Assembly (NCBI GenBank): GCA_973895155.1
Contig: OZ316896.1
Coordinates: 13,449,469-13,513,468, forward strand
Length of the DNA: 64,000 nucleotides
DNA from: Marsupella aquatica
Lineage: Eukaryota; Plantae; Marchantiophyta
Reading direction: 5' to 3'
Position 1 is the stretch's first letter. Each line of letters starts with the position of its first letter. Both the position numbers and the translations under genes were made by a program. Shown in pieces: positions 10,220 through 20,927 of this stretch. The notes below the pieces were generated by a model. That model was not told the origin of the DNA, did not search any database, and saw nothing but the letters and a program-made list of their open reading frames with translations.

Positions 10220-11871
10220 ATTGGTATCAGAGCAAGCCTGGGAGGTGACATTGAGGTGATCAAAATTTTCGTGACGTGTTGGTGACGGTTTTTCCAGCGG
10301 TTAGAGTCCATGGATTTCACGGAGATCTGTCGCATGGAACTTGGAGGTGTTGGGCTCAATGGATAGATCGGGGCAAGGGCTTTCCGACGGTGCAAAGAAA
10401 TCTCTGAACGGAGCTCGTGGTGTGGAGGAATTCACGTTTCCATCATTCTGGATTTTTTGTGATTTGTGTTCGACGGTCTTCTTCGACGGTTCTTTTGGGG
10501 GGGAACTGAGATCGTTTTCCCGACGGTGTGAGTTTTGTGGTGCGCGAGGCGTCACAACCTTTAGCTCAAATCGTAGATCGGGCAAAGCTGATCATTTCGG
10601 TAGCTGGTGTGCTATCGAGGGTGTAGTGAGTGCGATGTACCAAGCAAAAGAGCCGTTCTGAGTTTCTGACTGGCTATGGAGTCTTCTTTTGACTGAAGCG
10701 GGGTTTCTTGTCGTTGCGTTCGACTCGGAGGAAGAAACAGGAAGTGCAGCGACTCAACGGAGAGATCGCGGTGCAGTGGTTGTTTTGAGTCCAAGATTGA
10801 CACTTGAAGCGGAGTGAAGGAGCCGTGACGGGAATTTTTTACTCTGCTAGAGTTGCAAACGGTGCCGGTGCAATTCGGTAACATTTCCCGTCGACAACTA
10901 GTCTTTATCTGGTGTAAATTAAGTGATAACGGCAGTGTGAGTAACCCAACAAATTTATTTTTTGTGCATATTTTGCCTTAGCATAGGGCCTTTTTGGTGG
11001 TGTGTATACACACCCTCCCGACCCTTGCACCCCTGTCAATACCCCGTTGGCGATCCCCTCCTCCTCCTCGCTAATACTCCCATCGCGGACGTCCCAGACG
11101 TCACAGTCGGCGCGGACATTGCAGCCGGCACGGACGTCCCAGAAGTCCCGGCCGTCGCAGCTCCATCCTTGCCCATTCTGACTCGGTTTTTTACTCCTCG
11201 GCCCCTTGTGCACTGCCTGGCCCGTCCCCTTGTGCACTGTGCGCCTTTTTTAAGACAGTATTTTTGTGTTAAGGGGCTTAAACCCCCTTAGGCCCGGTTT
11301 TTTAATCCTTTCCAGGCTCCTCATTGGTTAAGCGGCATCCCGGGACCGGTGACCCACCAAATTAACCGCTTGGACAGGGGGAACGGCTCCCTGTGAGACC
11401 TGTTGCACAATCCAAGGAATATTCCAAAAAAACAGAGAGCTGTTTTTTGGCCTTTAGTCGAAGATTCCAAGGTCTGAACGGTAACTTTTTTCGGATCTTT
11501 TTTGGCGAGAACGTAGCCACTGAAGTTAGCAACGCGGTGCACCACTCGATTTGAATTTCCGACAATGGGTGGTACTTGGAATTTTTCTTATTCCCCAAGG
11601 TGGTCAAAACAGGGAAGAATTTTTGAGTTTTACCCACCCCGACCGAAACATGAAAAAGTTTTTTGTCGGAACTCGATTTCAATTTTGGATTTCAGCGTTG
11701 GCTTGCTAGGTTGGTGGGCTAAGTGGCGGTGACAAGTTTCAAGTTTTTTGGAAAGTTGCGAAAAACAACATTTTTTCGTGATTTGGATTTGAGTCAACGA
11801 GAAGGAAGGAAGGAAAAAGCATATAGGGAGCAGCACAGCAATAGCACGTGGAGAACGTTGGGAGGACAACG

Positions 11872-12774
11872 ATGGCATCCAAGTTTGGAGGTGTCAAATT
11901 TGAGGTGGAAAAATATGATGGGCGCACAAATTATTTGCTATGGGAGAAGCAGGTTAAGGGACTTCTTCGTGCTATGGGCCTAGATCATCTGATATCGACT
12001 CGGGAGGAGTCTAGCAGTGAGGAGGAGATCCCGTTGAGGAAATTGAGGCAAGAGCAAGTGATTTCTGTGAATGCGGTTATGCTGTATCTGAAGCCGCATA
12101 TCATTAAGAAGCTGGACGACTACGAGGATTGCGTATCCTTATTCAAGGCCCTCAGAGAGAAGTACTACCGAGAGGATGCCTCAGATTGGTTGTACAAGAA
12201 GTCTCTCTTGATGAGCTTGAGGCTAAAAGAAGGAGGCAAGCTTCGAGATCACTTGGATGAATTCGACAGCCTAGCTGTAGATTTATCAAATCTTGGCAAG
12301 GGAGTGGAAGATGAAGATAAGGCATTGCTTCTTCTCAGTTCCTTACCCCCATCGTATCAAGGTTTGAAGCGGGTTCTCTTGTATAGAGATCTCAAAACCA
12401 TTTCATATGATGAAGTGGTAAGCTCTTTGTTGTCAGATGATGCACAGAAGAAACTGGGTCATGCCCAGACACCATCTTCATCTGGCAATGCATTGAATGT
12501 GAACCGCGGGAGGACTCAACAACGGATGATTGGTGAAAACAGGTCCTTTTCACAAACGTACCCCTCACGGAATAGAGGCAAGGAGAAGGCTCGGTCTAAG
12601 TCTAGATCCAGGTCTAGAGAGAAATCTCTAGAAAGGAAACCAATTATATGCTGGAAATGTAACAAGCCTGGCCACATGAAACGAGACTGTCGAGTCAAGC
12701 AGACTCATCAACCATCAGCGAACGCAGCCACTGATGTTGATATGATTGACTTGCTTGATGATAAAATCTTGTGA
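11872..12774 (+). CDS. gag: copia-B Gag with CCHC zinc knuckle
   Basis: ATG at 11872 (MASKFGGVKFEVEKYDG); LLSSLPPSY; CWKCNKPGHMKRDC; intact to a TGA in frame with pol. Confidence 0.9.
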   Translation: MASKFGGVKFEVEKYDGRTNYLLWEKQVKGLLRAMGLDHLISTREESSSEEEIPLRKLRQEQVISVNAVMLYLKPHIIKKLDDYEDCVSLFKALREKYYREDASDWLYKKSLLMSLRLKEGGKLRDHLDEFDSLAVDLSNLGKGVEDEDKALLLLSSLPPSYQGLKRVLLYRDLKTISYDEVVSSLLSDDAQKKLGHAQTPSSSGNALNVNRGRTQQRMIGENRSFSQTYPSRNRGKEKARSKSRSRSREKSLERKPIICWKCNKPGHMKRDCRVKQTHQPSANAATDVDMIDLLDDKIL

Positions 12775-15700
12775 AGTCCAGATGTTGCCCTTTGTATTTC
12801 ATCCAGTAATAATGGTGATGAATGGATTTTAGATTGTGCCTGTACCTATCATATTTGTTGTATGAAAGAGTTTTTTACTTCTTACTCAGTATCAACCGGT
12901 TCCGTGTTGATGGGGAATGATCATCCTTGTCAAATTGTTGGAATTGGATCCGTGAAAATTCGGATGTTTGATTGAGCTGTGCGAACAGTGAGTAATGTCA
13001 GACACATACCTGACATGAAAAAGAACTTGATTTCTCTTGGAATGTTGTAAGCAAATGGATGTCGGTGGAGTTCTGCTGATGGTATTCTTCAAGTGTCAAC
13101 CGGAGGCAAGGTTGTCATGAATGGTAAGCGGCACAGGAATCTATATTTGTTGGAGGGCAACGTGATTTGTGAAGAAGCCAATGTAACTAGATCTCAAGGC
13201 GAGATGACTCAGTTATGGCACTGTAGATTGGGACACATGAGTGAAAAGGGTTTGGCGGTACTTCGTAGGAAAGGACTTCTTTCTAATTTGGAATCTACTA
13301 AGCTAGATTTTTGTGAACACTGTGTGCTTGGGAAGCAGCACAGGAGAACCTTTGGTGATGGAACTCACAATACCAAAGCTATACTTGAGTATGTACATAG
13401 TGATGTGTGGGGTCCAGCCCCAACTCCCTCACTTTCTGGAAAATTGTACTGTCACGTTCATTGATGATTACTCACGGTATGTGTGGATCACATTTCTACA
13501 CGCCAAGTCTGAAGTTTTTGGCACTTTTAAGAAGTGGAAAGCCCAAATTGAGAATCAGACTGGATCCAAGGTGAGATATCTGCGATCAGATAATGGCGGG
13601 GAGTACAGTTCAAGTGAATTTGAACTATATTGTGCAGAGCAAGGGATTACTCGTCATCTCACGACAGTTTATACTCCTCAACAGAATGGTGTTTGTGAGC
13701 GGCTAAACTGAACACTATTGGAGCGATCGAGGAGTATGTTGAGCCAATCAGGTTTACCGCATGAATTTTGGGCTGAAGCTATAAATACGGCAGCTTATTT
13801 GGTAAATCTTTCTCCTTCAAGTGCAATCAATTTCAAGACGCCGTTTGAAATGAGGTATGGACGGCACGCAGACTATCAGGTTTTGAGAGTCTTTGGAAGT
13901 GATGCATATGCTCTCACACCTAAGCAGAATCGATCTAAACTAGATTCTACTTCCAAGAAGTGTCTTTTTCTTGGTTATCAACCAGGTGTGAAAGGTTACA
14001 GGCTTTGGGATCCAGAAGCTTGTACGTTGCTTGTCAGTAGAGATGTATCCTTTAATGAATCCAGATCATCAAAGGAGGGGGAGAATGCTCAGGCTTCCCG
14101 TACTGACAAAGGTAAATCTCCTATCCTGGACCATGTTGTGGGGGAGATTGGTCATGAGAGTTTTCATGACATAAATGAAGGAGGTGCTCCGAGAATGGAG
14201 CTGGTTTCGGTAATGGAACAAGAGGAGCAGGCTGTTGATGGAATACCTCAAATTCAACCAACAGAAAAAGATCAACCAGAATCATCAGCTAGAAAATCGA
14301 GACGTACTACTCGAGCTCCTACAAGGTATGGACAATGGATAGATTCATCAAGGTTAGATGATGTTGACATTGCACCTGATGATGATGGCAGAGCACTGAT
14401 CTGGGAAGAAGGAGAACCTTCTTCGTATCATGAGGCGTGCATTTCAGACGAGAAAGATGAATGGAATGCAGGGATGCAGAGGGAGTTGCAATCTTTAAGT
14501 GACAATAGAACATGGGAGCTGGTGCAGCTGCCAAGTGATCAACAAGTGGTGGATAACAAGTGGAAGGACAACTCTTCAGATGGAGGAGACAAGATATACA
14601 AGGCAAGGCTTGTTGCCAAGGGATTCACTCAAGAGAAGGGAGTGGATTACAATGAGGTCTTCTCTCCAGTTGCCAAGTATTCCACGATACAAATTTTGTG
14701 TCAACTTGTTGTGTTTTTTGATCTGGTGTTAGATCAAATGGATGTTGTTACTGCTTTTCTTTATGGCACCTTGGAGGAAAAAATTTTCATGAGGCAACCA
14801 CTGGGCTTTGTGAAGAAGGGCCAAGAGAGTTTAGTTTGCAGGTTACTTAAGTCCTTGTATGGATTGAAGCAAGCTCCTCGACAGTGAAACAAGCGGTTTG
14901 ATGATTTCATGCTTGCACAAGGATTCACTAGGATGGTGTATGACCCTTGTGTGTATACAAAATCAGTCAAGAATGGTGTGTTTGGTTTGCTCATTCTGGT
15001 GCTCTATGTGGATGACATGTTGATTGCGGCTAAGGATCAAACTGAGGTTGACAAACTCAAAGAAAAATTGAATTCTGAATTCCGAATGAACGATCTTGGG
15101 AAAGCCAAGAGGATCTTAGGTATGGAGATTACGAGGAACTTTGAAACTGGACAATTGTGGTTGAATCAAGGCAAGTATGCTGAAAAGGTACTTGCAAGAT
15201 TCAACATGGAAAATTGTAAGCCAATAAGTATTCCTTTGGCTCCACATTTCAAGTTATCATCGGCTTTCTGCCCCATGGATCCAGTGGAGAGAGGCTTGAT
15301 GACTAAGGTTCCTTATGAGAAGGCAGTGGGCAGTCTAATGTATTTGATGACATGTACCAGGCCTGATCTAGCCCTAGCAATGGGCAAAGTGAGTAGATTC
15401 ATGTCAAATCCAGGGAAGGTACATTGGGAGGCTCCCGGGGAGGCTGTGAAATGGATTCTCAGGTATCTTAAGGGCACAATAGACTATGGTCTGTTGTTTG
15501 ATAGTAGATCAAACAAAACCAAATCTTTGGTTGGCTATGTAGATTCTGACTACGGAGGCTGTCTGGAAACAAGGAGGTCAACGACTGGGTATGTGTTTAC
15601 TCTTGGAAGAGGATGCATAAGTTGGAGATCTACCTTGCAGAAGTGTGTATCTCAGTCTACTACAGAAGCATAATATGTTGCAGCAGCAAAAGCAGCAAAG

Positions 15701-16000
15701 GAAGCAATTTGGTTGGATAAGCTTGTCACTGAGATGGGATTGGAGCATGGAAAAATGACTTTTCATTGTGACAGCCAAAGTGCGCTTCACCTAGCTATTA
15801 ACCAGGTTATGGATAGCAGGGTGAAACACATTGACATCAGGTACCATTTTATTAGGCAAACAGTGTTTGATAAAATGTTTGAGCTAGTCAAGATTGATGG
15901 AAAGCTCAACCCGGCTGATGCTTTTACCAAAGTGATTCCTTTGGAGAGTTACTCAAGACACCGTGTTACTTTGCAAGTTTTGCATTTGCAGCACAAGTAG
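12775..16000 (+). pseudogene. pol: copia-B Pol (PR-IN-RT-RH), disrupted
   Basis: Colinear with copia-A pol; stops at 12973, 13048, 13709, 14885 and 15671, a frameshift near 13450, a 12-bp deletion near 14563 and a 12-bp insertion at 15434. Confidence 0.93.
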
Positions 16001-16204
16001 AGTAACTTAACAATATATAATTTCTGTATATGGGTTACTCAATCCTGTTATGGCTACGGCTTAATTCTAGTTAACCCTTAGTTAACCTTAAATGGTTTTT
16101 AGGGGGACACCTATGATTTTAGGTGATTGTCTAAAATTTCCCGCTGAGTATCTCATATGGATAGCAGAAATTGCAGTCCCCAAGACTAGAGTCAAGGGGG
16201 AGTT

Positions 16205-16800
16205 TGTTAAGGATTGCTCTTAGTCTTGTGACTCATAGGTTACGGCACTTAGGCTAACCACAGTTAGAATCTTAGCTGAGGTTAGGTTAGTCGTGTGTGA
16301 CCTTGTATATACCAGGGCTAGTGTAAGCCGCTGGTGAGTGGTGCTTACTCATTGTAACAGAGCAACTTGAGGAAGAGAGAGGATGTGTGTTCGTCTACTC
16401 TTGAAGTAAAGCTTGAGTGTTCGTGTGGACGTAGCCTTGGAGAAAAGGTGAACCACGTAGAGATTGTGTCGATGGAATGAATCATGGTTGTATGGTCGTT
16501 GCGTGTGACTCATAGGTTACGGCACTTAGGCTAACCATAGTTAGGATCTTAGCTGAGGTTAGGTTAGTCGTGTGTGACCTTGTATATACCAGGGCTAGTG
16601 TAAGCCGCTGGTGAGTGGTGCTTATTCATTGTAACAGAGCAACTTGAGGAAGAGAGAGGATGTGTGTTCGTCTACTCTTGAAGTAAAGCTTGAGTGTTCG
16701 TGTGGACGTAGCCTTGGAGAAAAGGTGAACCACGTAGAGATTGTGTCGATGGAATGAATCATGGTTGTATGGTCGTTGCGAATGACGTCTTAGTTCAACA
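16205..16800 (+). repeat. 3' LTR of copia-B with an internal 277-bp tandem duplication
   Basis: Units 16227-16503 and 16504-16780 both match LTR positions 23-299; 596 bp versus 319 bp for the 5' LTR. Confidence 0.95.
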
Positions 16801-17966
16801 AACTTGTCTCCAATTCGAATCCCTTTGTATGGTTCATGTGGACTTAGTACTGCCGCCGTTGGTAGTGATCTATATGACATTTCAAAAGTTGATTTGAGGG
16901 AACTTTAGTCTCCCATTAAATTAAAAATTCTTCCATATCGTTTTTTTGGTGGGCTCTTGGGGAGGTGTGTGTGTTGGGTTGGGGGGGGGGTGGGTGTGTT
17001 GGGTTGGTGGTGTGGTAGGGCCAAAATTCTTTAAGGGACTCTTTCTCCCTTTGTGTACCTTTCGTGACATTTGGTATAATTCATCATGATTTTACCTTTA
17101 AGGCTGGCTTTCCAACGCCTCAAGGATATTTTCTGAAGCCAGATGCGATCTTCACTGTTGGCGTTGGATTTCACTTTAAATGATGTTGTGGTTAGGGTAA
17201 CGTGGTTGTAGTTCACTTTATAAAATTTGGGGTCACCTGTTGCAGTTGAAAACTTTGTCAAAGCTACGTGGGAATGGAATGGGGCCCAATTTGTGTAGGC
17301 CTGAAACAGTTTTATCCTCATTTTCAAACCTTTTGTGGCTATTTTTATTTCCGACCCCCTTGGTCTATTTCTATTTTAGGGCTTGAGTGCTGCAATAAAT
17401 GTGGGCCCACAAAATCTGGAAATCCCTGTTTTGCAAAAGGGCAGGAATTTTATTCTCTAGCTGATGTATTTGGAAAGATAGATATACATGTAGCTGCAAT
17501 TCCACAACACCACTACACTAGATGCTAACTCATTATTAAAGCATCGCGGTTCCTCATCATATTGGTCCGAGATCCACCAGTTTGCCCCTTTTATAATCTA
17601 CTTTTCCTGAAATTGTGGAGGAGGCTCGCATAGGGCAATGACTCGAATGTTAAAAAAGGGAGAAGATTTGGACACTTTATGTAGTTGAGACTACCGGTGG
17701 TTGACACTATAAAACTAACCGTGGGCCTAACTTGGCACTTCCTATTTCTCAGGTGACGAGTAGACCTACCCTCGTATCCTACAAAAGGTTTTCTTTTTTG
17801 GTGAATGCTTTGATACATGAAGTATTCCTATATGAGGTTAATTTGTAGATTTAGAAGAGTTCTACACTTTGAGCTGTAGATTGCCTTGCATGGTGATCAA
17901 ATGAGATTACACTCAGATTCACAACATTTCCAAATATGTTATGTTCCTTTGTATATTGGATTGTAT

Positions 17967-18013
17967 TTTAAGTGAAATGAGTACTAGGGTTTAGGGTACT
18001 CATTTCACTTAAA
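17967..18013. repeat. Perfect 18-bp inverted repeat with a telomere-like spacer
   Basis: TTTAAGTGAAATGAGTAC-TAGGGTTTAGG-GTACTCATTTCACTTAAA. Confidence 0.9.
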
Positions 18014-19354
18014 CTAGACTCTATTTTGAGCAACTTCTATGGGAATTTGTGGTCCAAGAGATTGAGATGATGGCACATCAATGAATCAGATTTAGTTTTT
18101 AATATGCAGAAATGCTGCTGTTTGCATTGTTGCGCAATGTTACCAAACATGACTGTAAACAGACCAGACTACTTTGGGACATGTGGGTTTTCCCTGCCCC
18201 AGAGATTTGCTTCCTTAAAGTACATCCATGTCCCACTTGCAGATTTAGTTTAGACACTAGATGTGCATCATTAGTTCATCCCACTATTGCATACAAGTGG
18301 GCCCTTAGCTCATCACACTATGACTCTGGTAGATCTTTTGCCCCTTTTTCCTTTTCCAATTTCTAGGTTTTGGGGTTTCCCTTTGCACACTCCTTTAGAG
18401 TTAGGTGTTTTTCTGCTTTGTACCTCTTTTGCATTTTCTTCATTGTACTTTTCTTGGGTCTTTTTAAAAATAATCTGCAAAGTGGTCCTATATGTGAGTG
18501 GCTTCTATGTTTTAATGGTGTTTCTTCCCGATCGACACGGGGAATGAATTAGGGCCTTCGATTAATCATTTTTTTGTGATCAGTTGCTGGGTTCAAATAG
18601 ATCAAGCTCAGCAATTCAGCTACTAGCACAATCAAACACAACTTCTCTTACTTCAAGCATCAGAAACAACAGACACATGGGTCAATTAAATGTTCCAGCA
18701 TGATTCAACCTGGCAGTGGCCCCTTCAAACCCAGAGAATGGAACTCTAGCTCAACTCAATTCCTCAGATATCCAATGCATGGCCAAAACTAAACTAATAG
18801 CACTTTGAGTAACAAATAAAAAAAAGCATCTATGTTGCAACAATGACGGTGCATTACTAGGCAGTCCATCACATCCAATTGACGGCCCTAATGCCCCCTT
18901 CAAGAAATCAGAAACATTTCGGCCGTTCGATGAATACTATTTATTGAACGGTAGCAGCGCCGTCGACATAGCCACGTGGTTATGAACTGACTGCACCTGT
19001 ACTTCAATCCTGGCGTATTGTACTGTAGATAAGATGCTCTACCGAAGTACTAATTCTGAACTACATGCCTGGACCAGAATCCTATGGTCGGCATCACGCA
19101 TCGAGCATTAATGAAGGTGGGTTTCGGCCAGGTGGCTGGAAGGGAATGGCTTTACTTCTCTAACAGTGACGTCCACTTTACGTGTCACCAAAAGTAGTGG
19201 ACTTGTGTCCAGTACTGTGATGTACTGTGGTAAGCTTTTGAGAAGCGTTAGATACTGAGTGAGACACGGAGAACTGAGAGTAAGGCAAGGGTACCCTTTG
19301 CACCACATACGTTTATAACCAATTGTTTTTTCAAAAAATTGATATGCATGTTAT

Positions 19355-19545
19355 TTTTTAAAAGAGATATTTGTTTGATGAACCCCCAAAATGAAACTTG
19401 TTATTTGATTGACCCTAGAGATCTCAACTGTCCAGATCTGAGATAGAAAGTTCCATCAACAATCCAGATTGGGGAAAAGTATCGAGGGGGTTGATTAAGC
19501 AAATTTTTTCCAGAAGGGGATCTACTAAGCATATCTCTTTTTCTT
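19355..19545. mobile_element. Degenerate MITE-like foldback, related to 49230-49360
   Basis: AAAAAGAGATAT...ATATCTCTTTTT inverted ends; left arm aligns by eye to 49231-49285; boundaries approximate. Confidence 0.5.
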
Positions 19546-19739
19546 AAAGTATAAGGCAAAGAAGACTTAACCTGGCCGCCTCTGCTGTATCTTGAGGACT
19601 TTACGGAACCAAAAGCCCCAAAGATGAATTAGGGACTCTCAAAGCTTTCAAAAGTGTGTATGATGGTTTTCAACCATTAGGGAATGTTTATAATATTTTG
19701 ACAAGGGTATGCAGTTTTTACTTTTATTTTTTCAGGTTT

Positions 19740-19850
19740 TTCACTAGCCTCTAGAGTGACTAATGGTAATGGCATATGACCAAAATAATCCTTATGGCAA
19801 AAATTATCCTTATGGCAAAAATTATGGACTCAAAATTTGGTAGTCAATGA
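19740..19850 (+). repeat. Dispersed repeat shared with 34343-34430
   Basis: TCAC.AGCCTC...TGACT.A.GGT.ATGG.ATATGACCAA...TTATGGCAAAAA.TTAT at both sites. Confidence 0.6.
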
Positions 19851-20489
19851 CTTTGTGTAGATAACCTAAAAGTACAGAGTTATGGGCTATCAAATTTTGA
19901 ACTTTGATATGCCCTATTGAGTAAGCCAACCAGACCCTTTCAAAGGTGGACTGTCAAAATACATTAAATAAAATGAAGTACAACACTGCAATGGTCATTG
20001 TAGGGTCCAACTTGGCACCACAGAGTACACCACTACTTGATTGAAGGATGACAAAACCTACAAAACGTTAGTTTTGATAAAGTAACCCAAAAATTTTGTT
20101 GGATGACTAAATCTATTCTATTTGAGCAAAAAAACATTGAGTGTTATCTCCGACTTTCAAACCAGCTATTGAGTTGGGGAATCTCCAACACTCAATATGA
20201 TATCCTCAAAATTTTATACTCTGACTTCTTGCGTAATTTGTTTCACAAAAGCATAATAATTTTACATTTCATTTAGAATCTGTTGACGTATTTGAAAAAA
20301 GTACCTAGCTTAGTTTTGATTTGAACTTTGCTCTAGGCATCTACACTAAAGTACACAAATGTAGATTGTAGTTTGTAAGAAAAGATTTCTTGAAGGTAGG
20401 AAAATGAGTGTTGGAGATGCCCAAACGTTAAGCAAATATAAGTGCAGCTTGCTACTGGACCATGGACAGCAAATTGAAGGGAGAAAATG

Positions 20490-20535
20490 ATTTGGCCCTT
20501 TGGTCTCCCTGGGGTTTTCCCTTGTTGCCCCCCCT
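20490..20535 (-). repeat. Dispersed repeat shared with 47181-47225 in opposite orientation
   Basis: AAGGGAAAACCCCAGG.AGACCAAAG.GCCAAA at both sites. Confidence 0.6.
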
Positions 20536-20880
20536 TCATTGAATCTCCCTCCATTGGGATCATGTCCTCTGGTTGGAAACTTTTTGTTTTTGGCAGTTTG
20601 ATATATATTTATAAACCCAATGAACACTACCATGAACAAACGTCATACCATGACCTATGAGCCTACAGTCCTTGCAGCCAAGGCTACACCGGCAGCATTC
20701 GGGTGGTCTCAAACTTGGGCTCTAACCGGCTAACTTGCACTGGGGCTAGTTCCTCCAGGAAGTCACACATTACAAGCATAAAACATTGAGGTGCAAAAAT
20801 ATTTTACCTGTTAAACTTGCCTGCAGCCCTCATCATCGGCACTAGTAACCTCCTGGGAGCACCTATGACGGCCCATATTT

Positions 20881-20927
20881 GAGACATGATCCCCTGGTGG
20901 GCTCTCTTGCTAGTGGGATCATGTCTC
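20881..20927. repeat. 13-bp inverted repeat hairpin
   Basis: GAGACATGATCCC...GGGATCATGTCTC; the right arm recurs near 20557. Confidence 0.7.

Larger units (their letters stand above)
9901..16800 (+). mobile_element. Full-length Ty1/copia LTR retrotransposon (copia-B), pol defective
   Basis: LTRs 9901-10219 and 16205-16800; TSD AACTT (9896-9900, 16801-16805); PBS TGGTATCAGAGC 10222-10233; PPT AAGGGGGAG just before 16205. Confidence 0.97.
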
